A stretch of DNA of 64,000 nt from the human T2T-CHM13v2.0 reference genome, Homo sapiens. Under the pieces are notes generated by a model that saw only the letters and a program-made list of their open reading frames with translations, was not told where the DNA came from and searched no databases. Where the stretch lies: NCBI RefSeq assembly GCF_009914755.1, contig NC_060925.1; one strand, given 5' to 3'. Below, piece after piece: positions 1 to 18,043 of this stretch (positions are counted from its first letter, which is position 1; each line of letters begins with the position of its first letter). The position numbers were made by a program, and so were the translations under genes.

Positions 1-1925
1 CCCCATTGTCTCAGCCCCAAAACTCCTTAAGCTGATAATTAACTTCAGCAGAGTCTCAGGATACAAAATCAATGTGCAAAAATCACAAACATTCCTATAC
101 ACCAATAATAGAGATCCAGATCATGAGTGAACTCCCATTCACAATTGCCACAAAGAAAATAAAATACCTAGGAACACATCTTATAAGGGATGTGAAGGAC
201 CTCTTCAAAGAAAACTACAAACCACTGCTCAAGGAAATAAGAGAGGACACAAACAAATGGAAGAACATTTCATGCTCATGGATGGAAAGAATCAATATAG
301 TGAAAATGGCCATACTACCCAAAGTAATTTATAGATTCAATGATATTCCCATCAAGCTACCATTGACTTTCTTCACAGAATTAGAAAAAAACTACTTTAA
401 ATTTTATATGGAACCAAAAAAGAGCCCATATAGCCAAGACAATCCTAAGTAAGAAGAACAAAGCTGGAGGCATCATGCTACCTGACTTCAAACTATACTA
501 CAAGGCTACAGTAACCAAAACAGCATGGTACTGGTACCAAAACAGATACATAGACCAATGGAACAGAACAGAGGCCTCAGAAATAACACCACACATCTAC
601 AACTATCTGATCTTTGACAAAACCTGACAAAAACAAGCAATGGGGAAAGGATTCCCTGTTTAATAAATGGTGTTGTGAAAACTGGCTAGCCATATGCAGA
701 AAACTGAAACTGGACGCCTTTCTTACACCTTATACAAAAATTAACTCAAGATGGATGAAAGATTTCAATATAAGACCTAAAACCATAAAAACCCTAGAAG
801 GAAACCTAGGCAATACCATTCAGGACATAGGCATGGGCTAAGGCTTCATGACTTAAATACCAAAAGCAATGGCAACAAAAGGGAAAATTGATAAATGAGA
901 TGTAATTAAACTAAAGAGCTTCTGCATAGCAAAAGAAACTATCATCAGAGTGAACAGGCAACCTACAGAATGGGAAAATTTTTGCGATCTTTCCATCTGA
1001 CGAAGGGCTGATACCCAGAATCTACAAAGAACTTAAACAAATTTACAAGAAAAAAAATCAAACAACCCCATCAAAAAGTGGGCAAAGGCGATGAATAGAC
1101 ACTTCTCAAAAGAAGACATTTATGCAGCCACCAGACCCATGAAAAAATGCTCATCATCACTGGCCATCAGAGAAATGCAAATCAAAACCACAATGAGATA
1201 CCATCTCACACCAGTTAGAATGGTGATCATTAAAAAGTCAGGAAACAACAGATGCTGGAGAGGATGTGAAGAAATAGGAACACTTTTACACAGTTGGTGG
1301 GAGTGTAAATTAGTTCAACCATTGTGGAAGACATTGCGGCAATGCCTCAAGGATCCAGAATCAGAAATACCATTTGACCCAGCAATCTTTTACTAGGTAT
1401 ATACCCAAAGGATTATAAATCATTCTACTATAAAGACACATGCACACATATGTTTATTGCAGCACTGTTCACAATAGCAAAGACTTGGAACCAACCCAAA
1501 TGCCCATCAATGATAGATGGATAAAGAAAATGTGGCACATATACACCATGGAATACTATGCAGCCATAAAAAGGATGAGTTCATGTCCTTTGCAGGGATA
1601 TGGATAAAGCTGGAAACAATCATTCTCAGCAAACCAAACACTGCATGTTCTCACTCATAAGTGGGAGTTGAACAATGAGAACACATGGACACAGGGAGGG
1701 GAACATAACACACCGCGGCCTGTCAGGGGATGGGGGGCTAGGAGAGGGATAGCTTTAGGAGAAATACCTAATGCAGATGCAGCAAACTACCATGACATGT
1801 GTATACATATGTAACAAACCTGTACGTTCTCCACATGTATCCCACAACTTAAAGTATAATTTTTTTAAAAAAGCAAAAATGAATAAGCAAAAAAAACAAA
1901 AAAAAAAAGAAAAAGAAAAAAAAGA
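1..1925 (+). mobile_element. L1PA (about L1PA7/8) 3' part: degraded ORF2 C-terminal half, 3'UTR and poly(A); continues left of the window
   Basis: ORFs 72-452, 614-841 and 1091-1396 match L1 ORF2 ([37 protein letters not shown]); A-rich tail ~1867-1925. Confidence 0.95.
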
Positions 1926-2118
1926 AATTGAATTGAGAGTGGGGTGACTGATCACAAGATAGCAACACAGTGTGATTGATTCCCAGAAGGAAGATAGATG
2001 GTTATTCTGCTTTTGGTATTGGAGAACCAGGCCTACTAAATGGAAACGGGAGGAGGTGGTGGGGGGAATGACTAATTCTCTTGAGGGAAACTCACAGTCT
2101 TTAAAATTAACAAAAATC

Positions 2119-2405
2119 AGCTGGGTGCAGTGACTCACCCCTGTAATTGTAGCACTTTGGGAGGCTGAGGTAGGCAGATTGCTTGAGCTCTAGGAGTTCA
2201 AGACCAGCCTGAGCAACATGGCAAAACCCTGTCTGTACAAAAAAATACCAAAATTAGCTGGATGTGGTGGCGTTTACCTCTAGTCCCAGCTACTCGGAGG
2301 GTGAGGTGGGAGGATAACTTGAGCCCAGGAGGTCAAGGCTGCAGTGAGCTGAGATCGCGCCAGCTTCGGCAACAGTGAGAACTTGTCTCAAAAGAAAAAA
2401 AAAAA
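2119..2405 (+). mobile_element. AluJ
   Basis: Dimeric Alu with J-type gagcccaggaggtcaaggctgcagtgag; taacaaaaatc on both flanks (TSD). Confidence 0.9.
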
Positions 2406-2464
2406 TAACAAAAATCCTGATCCAGGCAAAACTGAAAAATATTTAGTGTTTTTTCATCTTTTAG

Positions 2465-3596
2465 AAATGAAAATAATTCACATAGTTAGAAATTTCTGAC
2501 AGCACAACATGCATCCAGCAGTGAAGACAAGTGAGCAGCTATTGACTCTGAAACAAAATACACATAATGAAAACAAAAAACAGAATAGGTTCTAGACAGC
2601 CTGTTTGAATGCAGATTCTCCCGGAAAATTTCAGGACAGTTGATACAGGAAGAATATTCCAATTTCTTCTCAAAAAAAGTACTCAGTACAAAAGGATAAT
2701 TGCGTTGAATGCTGTTGGACATTGTATGCTGAAGTGCCCAGTAAAACTTTCCTCAAAGTCTTTATTTTGGTATAGTGACAAGGTGGTCTGTGTTGAGGAC
2801 TCCTAGAATAATTCTAGATTTGCAATCTGCTTTTGTCCCTACCTCATTTTGTGCCATTCTTTGATCTTTCCCCTCACTGGTCCTCAATTTCCTAAATTGT
2901 CGAGTGAGAAACATGCTTTACTGAATTTTTGAGGTGTCTTTCAACGCCAAATTTCTAAGATCATGTTTCTTTACCAATATCCCTCTTAACCGAGATTACC
3001 AGTCTCAACAGTGAGGACAAAATAAGTGCTGACCGAGATGACATTTTTCACTCCTGGATGTATTTTTCTTTTTCACTTAGCACTCTGGGTTTTTTCGATG
3101 TGCTGATTTTAATTTCACGGGCTCTTCTGCAGCTACACTTCACAGGCTTTGAAGTAAGACCCATGTGAAACCAATGTGCTGTAGCCACAATAGTTAAATT
3201 TCCAAGAAAGGAGTGTCATGTGGATAAAACTGGTAGGAACTGTGAATAGATTGATATGGGTGGTGGCTGAACTATTACAAGCAATTTCATGTAGTTTATA
3301 TTGACAACGCACTGGGATATGTGATGGACACAAATACATATATTTTAAAGCAAAACATATGTCTATGTGTGATAACCTATCTTTATGAAATTCTCTTTAG
3401 TACATATTTTGCCTACAGCTCCAAAGACTGTGTTTCCAGGCACTGTAATTCCATGGGAAGGCTGTCAGGGAAAATTTTTTACTCTGTAATGGATAAATAC
3501 TTTGTAGTAAAGCTGCACTAGACTTCTTTTAGATCCTCAAGAGGGCACGATGCCCAGCTTTCGGCTGCCAGGGCCTTTGAACTCTTTGCATTAAAG
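2465..3596 (+). pseudogene. Pseudo-exon cluster 1 (2465-2782, 3133-3232, 3419-3596)
   Basis: Acceptors catcttttag, cttctgcag, tgcctacag; donors gtggtc, gtagga, gtatta. Phases 0 and 1 join to give ..SKSLFWYSDK|LHFTGFEVRPM*NQCAVATIVKFPRKECHVDKT|APKTVFPGTVIPWEGCQGKFFTL*W.. Confidence 0.4.
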
Positions 3597-4626
3597 GTAT
3601 TACACTTGTCCAGGGAATTAGACTCAACTTACTTATATCCCCAAATTCTATTACTTTTATCTCTTGAGCATCTTCTAAACCTATCCACAATTTTCAATCC
3701 CCTTCATCACCATTCTAGTCCAGGTTTCTGTGATATCTCACTAGATGCTGGCAATTGTCTGTTTATTTCAGGCATTTGGGTGAGTGTGCAATGGTATGAT
3801 ATAGCATTGTTTGGCATTTCTCTCATGAGGAATGAAATTGAGGCTCTTTTTAGTTATGATTTGTTCATTCAGCGATCCATTTTTTAAAAGTAACTGATTA
3901 AGTCTTTCTAAATGGTTTGCTTCTTTTTCTTTTCTGTGTAATATTCTATGATAGGGCATATTACTTTAACCATTCACTGACTGTAGGACATTGTAGTTGT
4001 GACAAGTTTCTGGCTATTACAAATAAAACTGCCATGAACATTTGTATACAGGTTTTTATGTGAACATAATTTTAATTTCTCTGGATTGTTGAATGGAAAT
4101 GCTAGGTTGTATAGTGAGTGTATGTTTTTTTTAAAAGCAACTTGATTGAAGTATAGTTGACAAATACAAATTACATATTTAAGGTCTATTACTTGATGTT
4201 TTGATGTATGTATACATTGTGAAATGACCACTACAAACAAGCTAATTAACATAACTATCACCTCATGTAGTTACTGTAGTTACACCATTTTCTTCTCTTT
4301 TTTTTTTTTGTGGTAAGAACACTTAAATGTACCCTCTTAGCAAATTTCAAGTGTACAATAGAGTATTATTAACTATAATCACCAAGCTGTACGTTAGGTT
4401 TCCAAAACTTATTCATCTTTCACAACTGCAACTTTGTACCTTTGTCTAACATTACCCTATTTCCCTTTCCACTTCAGTCCCTAGCAATCCCCATTCTACT
4501 CTCTGCTTCTATGAATTTGACTATTTGAGATTTCCCGTTTAAGTGAGATCATGCAATTTTTGTCTTTCTGTGTCTGGCTTATTTCACTTAACATAATGTT
4601 CCCCAGGTTCATCCATGTTGTCGAAA

Positions 4627-4978
4627 TGTATTAGTCTGTTCTCACGGTGCTAATAAAGACATACCCAAGACTGGGTAATTTATAAAGGAAAGAGGTTTAA
4701 TGGACTCACAGTTCCACATGGCTGGGGAGGCCTCACAATCATGGCGGAAGGCAAAGGAGAAGGAAAGGCACATCTTACGTGGTGGCAGGCAAGAGAGCTT
4801 GTGCAGGAGAACTCCTTTATAGAACTATCAGATCTTGTGAGACTTATTCACTACCATGAGAACAGTATGGGGGAACTACTCCCATGATTCAATTCTCTCT
4901 GCCTGGCCCCGCCCTTGACACATGGGGATTACTACAGTCAAGATGAGATTTGGTTGGGGACATAACCAAAACATATCA
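4627..4978 (-). mobile_element. THE1 (MaLR) solo LTR, THE1C/D-like
   Basis: tgtattagtctgttctcac..gaggtttaatggactcacagttccac..acatatca; ~350 bp, TG..CA termini. Confidence 0.9.
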
Positions 4979-5829
4979 CAGGGTTTCCTTCTTTTTTAAG
5001 GCTGAATAATAATCTATTGTATATGTGCAACACGTTTTTTAATTGATTCATCCATTGACAAACACTTAGGTTGTTTCCATATCTTGACTATTGTGAATAA
5101 GGCTGCAATGAATATGGGACTGCAGATATCTCTTCAAGATCCTGATTTCACTTCCTTTGGATATATATTCAACTTTTTGAAGAACTTCCCTACTACTTTC
5201 CATAATGGCTGTACCAATTTACATTCCCACCAACAAGAGTTGCCTTTTCTTCACATCCTTGCCAACACTAATTATCTTTGTCCTTTTGAAAATTGCCATC
5301 CTAACAGATGTGAGGTGATATCATATTGTGTTTTGATTTGTATTTCCCTTATCATTAGTGACACTGAGAATCTTTTCATATACCTGTTGGCCATTTGTGT
5401 GTTTTCTTTTGAGAAGTGTCTATTCAGGTCTTTTGCTCATTTTTAAATTGCATTTTTTGTTTGTTTTTGCTTTATTTGTTTCTTGCCATTTAATTATATG
5501 CGTTCCCTCTATATTTTGAATATTAACTCCTTATTGAATATATGGCTTGCAAGTGTTTCCTCCCATTCTGTAGGCTGCCTTTTCACTCTGTTGATTGTTA
5601 CCTTTGCTGTGCACAGGCTTTTTAATTTGAGATAATCCCACTCATCTATTTTTGCTTTCATTGCCTGTGATTTTGGTATCATATGCAAAAAAAAACCATT
5701 GCCCAGATCAATGGCAAGAAGCTTTTCTCTATGTTTTCTTCTACTATTTTTATAGTTTTAGGTCTTACATTTAAGTATTTAATCTGTTTTGAGATGATTT
5801 TATTGTAAATGGTGTGACATACGGTCCAA

Positions 5830-5925
5830 TTTCTTTTCTCTTTCTTTTCTTTTTTCTTTTCTTTTCTTTCTTTCTCTTTCTTTCTTCCTTTCTTGCTTTC
5901 TTTCTTTCTTTCTTTCTTTCTTTTT

Positions 5926-5993
<68 letters not shown>

Positions 5994-6015
5994 TCCTTTT
6001 CTTTCTTTCTTTTTT
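5830..6015. repeat. (TTTC)n pyrimidine microsatellite
   Basis: Direct reading. Confidence 0.97.
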
Positions 6016-7986
6016 GCATGTGGATATCCAGTTTTCCCAATACCTTTTATTGAAGAGAGTATTCTTTTTTCATCTGTGTTCCTGGCACTTTTGTCATAGA
6101 TAAGTTGACTGTAACTGTATGAATTTATTTTGGACTCTTTATTCTGTTCTATTGATGTATAGGTCTCTTTTTATGCCAGTACCACACTGCTTCAATTACT
6201 GTAGATGTGCAATATATTTTGAAATTAAAAAATATGATGCCCCCAGCTTTGTTCTTCTTTCTCAAAATTAATTTGGCTTTTCAATGTCTTTTTTGATTCC
6301 ATATGAATTTTAGCACTTTTTTTATTTCTATAAAGAATGCCATTGATATTTTCACAGGAATTGCATTAGATCTATAGATCCTTTTATTAGCATAGATATT
6401 TTGGTAATATTAATTCGTCCAATACACAAACATTGGATGTCTTTCCATTTATCTAGGTGGTCTTTAATTTCCTTCATCAAATGTTTTATAATTTTCAATG
6501 TACAAGCCTTTTACCTCTTTGGTTAAGTTATTCTTATGTATTTTGTTCATTTTGTTGCTATTATAAATGGGATTTTTTCATAATTTCCTTTGCAGATAGT
6601 TCATCGTTACTGTATACAAGCACCACCAATTTTCATATATTGATTATGTTATCCTGCAACTTTACTGAATTTGTTTATTAGTTATGACAAACTGTTTCTG
6701 AGTCTTTAGAGTTTTCTACTTATATGATCATTTCATCTGCAGGAAGAGATATTTTTATCTTTTTCTTTCTGATTTTGATGCCTTTACTTTCTTTTCTTGT
6801 CTAATTGCCCTAGCTAGGACTTCTAGTACTATCTTGAATAGAAATGGTGAGAGAGGGCATCTTTACCTTGTACTGGATCTCAGAGGAAAAGCTTTCAGTT
6901 TTTCCCTGTTGATTATGATGTTACATGTGGGCTTTTCATATATGGCTTGTGTTGTGTTAAGTTTCTTCTATACTGATGTTTTAGAGCTTTTATGGATATC
7001 AAATTTTGTTAAATGCTTTTTCTGATGTATTAAGATAATCGTGGTTTTTATCTTTTACTGTTGTATATAATTTATCGATTTGCATATGTTGAACCATTCT
7101 TGCTTGGGTTACTAGGAATAAATCCCAGTTGGTATGGTGTATGATCATTTTGATGTGCTATTGAATTTGGTTTGCTAGAATTTTATTGAGGAGTTTTGCA
7201 TCTATATTCATCAGGGATATTGGTCTACAGTTTTCTTGTGGTGCCTTTGTTCGGCTTTGGTATCAAGGTGATTCTGGCCTCACAACATGAGTTTGGAAGT
7301 ATTCTCTTTGCTGCTTTTGGGAAGAGCTTAAGAATGATTAGTATTAGTGTTTCTTTGAACATTAGTTAGAATTTACTCATGAAGGCTGAGCTTCACAGGT
7401 CTTTAGCTTTACTTTGTTGAGAGATTTTACATTTTGATTCAATCTCCTTACTTGGTTTTGGTCTGTTCAGGATTTCCATCTCTTCTTGATTCATTCTTAA
7501 TAAGCTATAGTTTCTAGGAATTTATTCCTAGGTTGTCCAAATTATTGGCATATAATTGTTCACAATAGTTGCTTAAGATCCTTATTTCTGAGGCACCCAT
7601 TGTAATGTCTCATCCATTGTAATGTTTCATGTCTGATTTTATTTATTTGAGTCTTCTCTCTTTTTTTCTTAGTTTAGCCAAGGGTTTGTCAAATTTGTTT
7701 ATCTTTTCAAAAAACCAACTCTTGGTTTCATTGATCATTTCTATTGTTTTTCTATTCCCTATTTCATTTATTTCTGGTCTAATCTTTATTTTTTCCTTTC
7801 TTCTGCTAACTTTGAGCATAGTTTGTTCTTCTTTTTCTAGTTCCTTGAGGTATAAAGTTAGGTTGTTTATTTAAAATCTTCCTTCTTTTTAAATTAAAGC
7901 ATGTATTACCATAAACTTATTTCTTAGTGCTGCTTTTGCAGCATCCCCTAAGTTTTGGTATGTTGTGTTTTTGTTTTCATTTGTTT

Positions 7987-8155
7987 TATATATATATATA
8001 TATATATAACAAATATATATATATATAACATATATATATATATAACAAATATATATATGACACATATATATAACAAATATATATATGACACATATATATA
8101 ACAAATATATATATGACACATATATATAACAAATATATATATGACATATATATAA

Positions 8156-8197
<42 letters not shown>
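7987..8197. repeat. (TA)n-rich compound repeat with a ~28-bp higher-order unit at an Alu tail
   Basis: tatatataacaaatatatatatgacaca-like unit repeated about 4-5 times within TA runs. Confidence 0.95.
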
Positions 8198-8496
<299 letters not shown>

Positions 8497-9064
8497 TGAT
8501 ATTTTTAAAATTCCCTTTTGATTCTTTTTGACCCAATGGTTGTTCAAGCATGTATTTTTTCGTTTCCACGCACTTGTGAATTTTCCCATTTTCTTATTGT
8601 TATTGATTTCTAGTTTTATTCTGTTGTGATTAGAAAAGGTACTTGATATGATTATTTGTTAAGGCATTAAATTTATTGGTATTAAATTTGTTAAGATCGA
8701 TTTTGTGACCTAATATGTGATCTATCTTGGAGAATGTTCTGTGTGTGCTTGAGAAGAATATGTATTCTGCTGTTGGGTAGAAAGTCCTGTGTATGACTAT
8801 ATTAGGTTAATTTGGTCTATAGTGTTCCTCAAGTCACCTGTTTCTTTACTGATTTTTATGTCTGGATGCTGTATCTATTATTGAAAATGTGCTATTGAAG
8901 TCTCCTACTATTATTGTACTGTTTATCTACTTCTCCCTTCATACCTGTCAATGTTAGGTGGTCTGATGTTGGGTGTATTATGTATTTACAATTGATGGAT
9001 TGATCCTTTCATCATTATATAATGAGTTTCTTTGTCTCTAGAGACAGCTTTTGACTTAAAGTGT

Positions 9065-9155
9065 AATATATATGTATATATATGTAAAACATATATATTA
9101 CACACGCACATATACACATGTATATGCATATACACAGACATATACACATATATAC

Positions 9156-9197
<42 letters not shown>
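9065..9197. repeat. (TA)/(CA)/(TG)n microsatellite
   Basis: Direct reading. Confidence 0.95.
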
Positions 9198-9199
<2 letters not shown>

Positions 9200-11529
9200 C
9201 CACCCCTTCTTTATTTTGGTTACCATTTGCATAGAATATCTTTTCCGTCCCTTCATTTTCAGCCTATGTGTGTCCTTAAATCTAAAATGAGTTTCTTATA
9301 AACCGTATATTGCTAGATCTTGATTTTTAAAAATCAAGTCACTCTATGCCTTTTGATTGGGGGAGTTTAACTCATTTATATTTAAAGTAATTTCTGATAG
9401 ATGAGGACTTAATATTGCCATTTTGTTAATTGTTTTCTGGTCTCCAGTTCTTTTGTTCCTCTCTTCCTCTCTTGCTGTCTTCTTTTGTTATTTGAAGTTT
9501 TTTTAGTAGTAATTTGTTTTGATTCTTTGCTTTTTATCTTTTGCATATCTATTATTGGATTTTTTTCTGTGGTTACCGCAAGACTTGCATAAAATATTTT
9601 GTAGCTATAACCATCTACTTTAAGTTGTTAACAACTTAGCTTCAAATTGGATACTAAATCTCTACACTTTTATTCCCTCCACCCCACTTTGTGTTCTTGA
9701 AGTCAGAGTTTCTGTCTTTTTATGTTGTTTATTCATTAACAATTTTTTGTATTGTAGTCATTCTTAACATTTTTGTCTTTTAACTTTTATATTAGTGTTA
9801 AAAGTAATTTACACACTGCTACTATGGTATAACATTATTCTGCATTTGTATGTTTACCTTTACAAGTGAGATTTATGCTTTCATATGTTTTCACATTGCT
9901 CTTTAGCATGGTTTCCTTTCAATTTGATGAATTCCCTTAAGAATTGCTTGTAAGGCAGGTGTAGTGATGATGAACTCCCTCAATCTTTGTTTGTCTGGGA
10001 AAGGCTTTATTGTGTTTTCATTTTAAGTAATAGTTTTGATGGGTATAGTATTCTTGGATAGCAGAGTTTTTTTCCCCAGTACTTTGAATACATTATCACA
10101 TTCTTTCCTGGGATCCAAAATTTTTGCTGAGAAATTCACTGATAATTGTATATAGGAGTTCCTTTCTATGTGATGTCATTTTTCTCTAGCTGCTCTCAAA
10201 ATTTTCTCTGCATCTTTGATTTTGACTATTTAATTATAATATGTCTCATTGTAGACATCTTTATGTTCAATCTATTTGATATCCTTTAGGCTTTTTAGCT
10301 CTGAGGTCTATTTCCTTTAGATTTTGGAAGTTTCAGACATTATTTATTTAAAGAAGCCTTTCTGCTCCTTTCTTTCTCCTGTCTCCTTCTGGAATTTACA
10401 TAATGCATATATTGGTTTGTTTGATGGTGTCCCATAAGTCCCCACAGACTTTCTTCACTCTTTTTCATTTCTTTCCTTTTTCCCCCTTGTATAGTTCCAA
10501 ATGACCTATTTTCATGTTCACTGATTCTTTCTTCTCCTTGATCAAGCTTGCTGTTGTAGCCTTTTATTGCCTTTTTCATTTCAGTCATTGTATTATTTCA
10601 GCTCCAGATTTTGGGGGAGTTTCTTTTTGTGTGTGAGATTGCTATCTGTTTGTTGAACTTCTGATTTTCTTCATGTATTGGTTTCCTGATTTGGTTTAGT
10701 TGTATATCTGTTGTCTGTAACTTGCTGAGCTTTTAAATAATTGTTTATAATTCTTTTCAGGCAATTTACAGATCTCCATTTCCTGGGGATTTGCTAGTGA
10801 AAATTCATTGTGATCCTTTTGTTATGTCATGTTTCCCTGATTTTTTTGTGTGTGTTCCTTGTAGGCTTGTGTTGATATCTACAAATCTGAAGAAGCAGTC
10901 ATTCTTCCTGACTTTACAGGCTGGCATCAGTAGGGAAAGACCTTCACCAGTGGGTGGGTGTAAGGACATTGGCTAGGTGGGGTGTGTGGTGGTGCTGAGT
11001 TCAGGGACACTAGGAGGCCACGTGTGGGCACTAGATTGAGTAGGACACAGAAATACTGGTTTTGGGGGCCATAGTTGTATGCTCTTTGGCACCACTGAAT
11101 CTGGGTGTGTGTGAGGATGACAGCTCCAGTGGGGACGTGGTGGCATCTAGTCTTGAAGGTGCATGCATGGTGGCACTGGCTGGTGGAGAGATGAAAGTGG
11201 TATTGGATCTTGGGGACATTTGGTGGCATTGACAGAGCAGCGCCCAGGTGGCTCTGGTTTCAGGGATGTGCAATGTCATTGGCTCTGGGTGCCTCCAGCA
11301 GTTGTGTTCTGCATTGTGAAGACTGTGGGTGTCCTCAACAGCAAAGGCTGCAGAGGTCCACAGTGGAGGCAAGAGCAATTGTGGTCCTAGATGCTAAAGG
11401 GTGCTTGCATCCTCCTGCTTTTCTTTTCTCCTATTCATCTTTGGATAGTTATTTAATTATTGTTTGTGGGGCAGGAGGATGAAGGCTGGTACTTCTTAGT
11501 CTGCCATCTGGTTGCCATCATTATCTGAT

Positions 11530-13395
11530 TAAGTATTGACTATTTTTTCCTACTTTATTGCTTGCTTTTCTTTTCAATTTTATTTGTAAAAATTATTCAG
11601 GCATTTTATATGTGAATCCTTTCTCAGGTATGTGAATTGAAAATACATTTTACCACTCTGTGACTTATCTTTCAACTTTCCTAATGAAATATTTTGATGG
11701 GTAGAAATTCATAATTACAATATATTATGGTTTATTATTATTTTTCTATGGTTAGCATTACTTTGTCCTATTAAGAAATGTTAACCTATCCTGGGGTTGT
11801 AGATATATTCTTTTATTAACTTTTATAGTCATCTGGAGCTAGTTTTCTTTCCTTGGTATAGTATGAGCTAAGGGTCTCTATGTTAGTTTTATGTTGCTGT
11901 ATAACCAATCACCATAAATTTAACGCCTTGAAACAACACATATTTTATGACCTCAGAGTTTCCATGGGTCAGGAGTCTGGCCATGGCTTAGCTGTGTCCT
12001 TCACTCAGGGTCTCACAAAGCTGAGATCAAGCTGTTAACTAGACTGGGAGGTCTCATGTGAGGCTTGAGTTGTTTTCCATGCTCACATAGTTGTTAGCAG
12101 AATTCATTTTCTTTTGGCTGCAGAATTCATGGCAGCTTGTTTCTTCAAAGCTACCAAGGGAAAGAGAAATATTTTACTGCTTAAAGTTTTTCACTCTAGA
12201 AACTATGGTAAGGGACTCTCTTGATTAGGTGAGACCTGCCCAGGATAATTTGCCTTTTTATTAAAGGGAGATTCTATTGTCTTTCTTAAAATAAACTGAT
12301 TAGAAACTTTAATTACATTGAAAAAAAATCCCTTGCCTTTGCCATATTCTATTGGTTACAAGCAAGTTACAGGTCTTTCCACCACTCAGGGGGAGAGGAA
12401 TTTGTAAAGGCATGGATTCCAGGGGCATGAATCACTGGGGACCATCTTAGTATTCTGCCTACCATAATCCCTTTTTTCTCAATGTATATAATTGACTCAG
12501 GCCTATTTATTGAAGACAAGAGAATATCATTTTCCTCACTGTACTGTAGGGTCACTTTGTCATAACCATATGTATGTGGGTCTGTATCTGCACAATAATT
12601 TGTTCTATTGATCTTCTTTTCTGCCTTTGTGCCAATGCCCATATTGTTTAATGACTGTAGCTTTACCACATTCTTGATATCTTATAATATAAGTCTCTAA
12701 GCTTTGTTCTTCCTCAGTATTACATTGACAATTCTTGGCTCTCTACATTTCCATACAAATCCTAGAATCAATTGGTTAATTTCCCAACCTGCCAAGATTT
12801 TGAGGAGGGGAGAAATTTTTTTGCCTTTATTAATAAATTTTCAAAAAATTTAAATTTTAACAATATCAGATTTTCTAATCTATAAACATGATATAGCTTT
12901 TTTATTTATATTTAAAAATTTTGTTCAATAATGTTTTATAAATTTCAGTATAGAGGTTCATATGCAATTTTCTTTTATTTATTCCTAGATATTTGACGGT
13001 TTTAAAAATGCTATGATAAGTGTCATGATTAAAAATTTTTTTTAGTTTATTGTTGATATTTAGAAGTAAAACTGGTTTTTATATATATCTTACGTTATTT
13101 CTAAATATATTATTTCTAATTGACAAAAGATCTGTAGAACTTTTCGGAAATACTACATATACAATGATATAATTTTGAATGACAGTTTTTATTTTTTGCT
13201 GTCGTACAATTCTTAATTTATTTCTTTTTCTGGCTTTATTGTACTGGCTAGGTCTTCCATTCTAATGTTGAATAAAAGTGGTGAGGGCACCCATATTTAT
13301 CTTATTACCAATCACAGGGGAAATTTTTCAGTAATTCACTATTAATTATAATATATTTTCTGTGAAATTTTTTATTTTGTAGTTTCTCTTATCAG
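11530..13395 (-). mobile_element. Ancient L1M ORF2 remnant (related piece at ~3770-4130)
   Basis: Diverged antisense ORF2 sequence (aatgttgaataaaagtggtgagggcaccc). Confidence 0.7.
11881..12466 (-). mobile_element. MLT1-family (MaLR) LTR
   Basis: tgttagttttatgttgctgtataaccaatcacc..gggtcaggagtctggccatggcttagctg..attctgcctaccata. Confidence 0.8.
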
Positions 13396-13399
13396 GATG

Positions 13400-16650
<3,251 letters not shown>

Positions 16651-18043
16651 TTCCCTAAATTCCACTTCCAGCAACTACAGCAATATGTGCCCAGCATTAT
16701 CTGGAACAAGGCTATTGGCCATGCATACTCTAGTCTAGAAGACTGGGCTTCCAACTGGGATTTATAGTTGGATTCAACAGCTCAGCCAGATGTGTAAGCC
16801 AAGGTTGCTGGAGAGTAAGGGAGTCAATAGAGGTGTTATGGCTGTGGGTAGCATAATAACATAGTAGAAAAAAGAGAAAATTGTCAGTGAAAATAAATCA
16901 AACCTGGAAGGAAAAGACTCCTGCTGAGTAGTACCTAGAGCTATAAGAGATGCAGGTCAGTCACTAGAACTTAACTTCATCAGAAATATACATACCTAAA
17001 GCCAGAAAAAAATAGGGTTCTAACACACTACATATGAGGAAATCAGTTTCCTAAAACAAAAAACCCTTATCGACACATAATGCTAATCCTATTTTTAAAC
17101 CTAGCAGATTATGATCATTGTTTTAACATCTTACCCAGTTATGGAGAAGCATCTTAACCATTGGGAAGCACATGCTGGAGAATCCACAAATCAAAAATGT
17201 AGCTATTGGCTTTGTTGTATTGGTGAAATATTAGCTGGAGATATCAATTAGCTCTGAGTGGCTTGATCTGAATTTGGAAAGAAAAGATAATCCAGGCCAA
17301 GATGGTGGCGGTATGTACTCCTGTTGTTTGTTTTATTGTAGCTCGGCCATCCATCAGCATTCTAGAGCAACTCAATGGTACCAGAGTGTGGCTTACTTAG
17401 GAGATGGCTAGATAGGTGGGTGCTCATGGATCATTGCTGGGAAATGAAGAGGGGCAGACTTAGAGCCCAGGCCCTCAGTCCTAAGGTGACTATCGAATGT
17501 ATTTTTTTATACCTAATGTTAATTTTTGAAAGCCTAAGTGGAAAGTCTGACCATTTATTTAATAACATCAATTCTTAGAAGATTAAGGCACTTACATGAA
17601 GTTGGAACTAACTAAAATAGTAAGCGGAAAAGTTTCTAAGAGCATATAAAAGTTTCTTGATTTTGGGAACTTTATATTAGAGCTGAAAAATTAAGGTTGA
17701 TAAAGTGAATCTTGCAGTTCCCAAATTTCCAGAACACTGAGAAACGCACCACAGAACATCTATGTAGGTTATCGTATCTTTTTCTTTCAAGGACTTTTTG
17801 ATTATTCAAATAATGAAGTAGCCATCCCTTTCTTTCAAAGTTTTACCATAATAAAGACATCCAGTGACAATAGAGTATTCTCTTTGTTTAAAACTCTATT
17901 GGGCGGGAAGGGGAAAACTATAAAACACACTTTTGAACATTTGCAGAGACTGGGCATTAGATGATATTTAGGAAGTACTGTCAACATTCTGCACGATAAT
18001 AGTATGGCTATGTAGGAAAACCTGCTCATTCTTAGGTGATGTA

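Noticed and set aside
5771-6099. K/E/R-rich and F/L/S-rich ORFs
   Set aside because: Translations of the (TTTC)n microsatellite.
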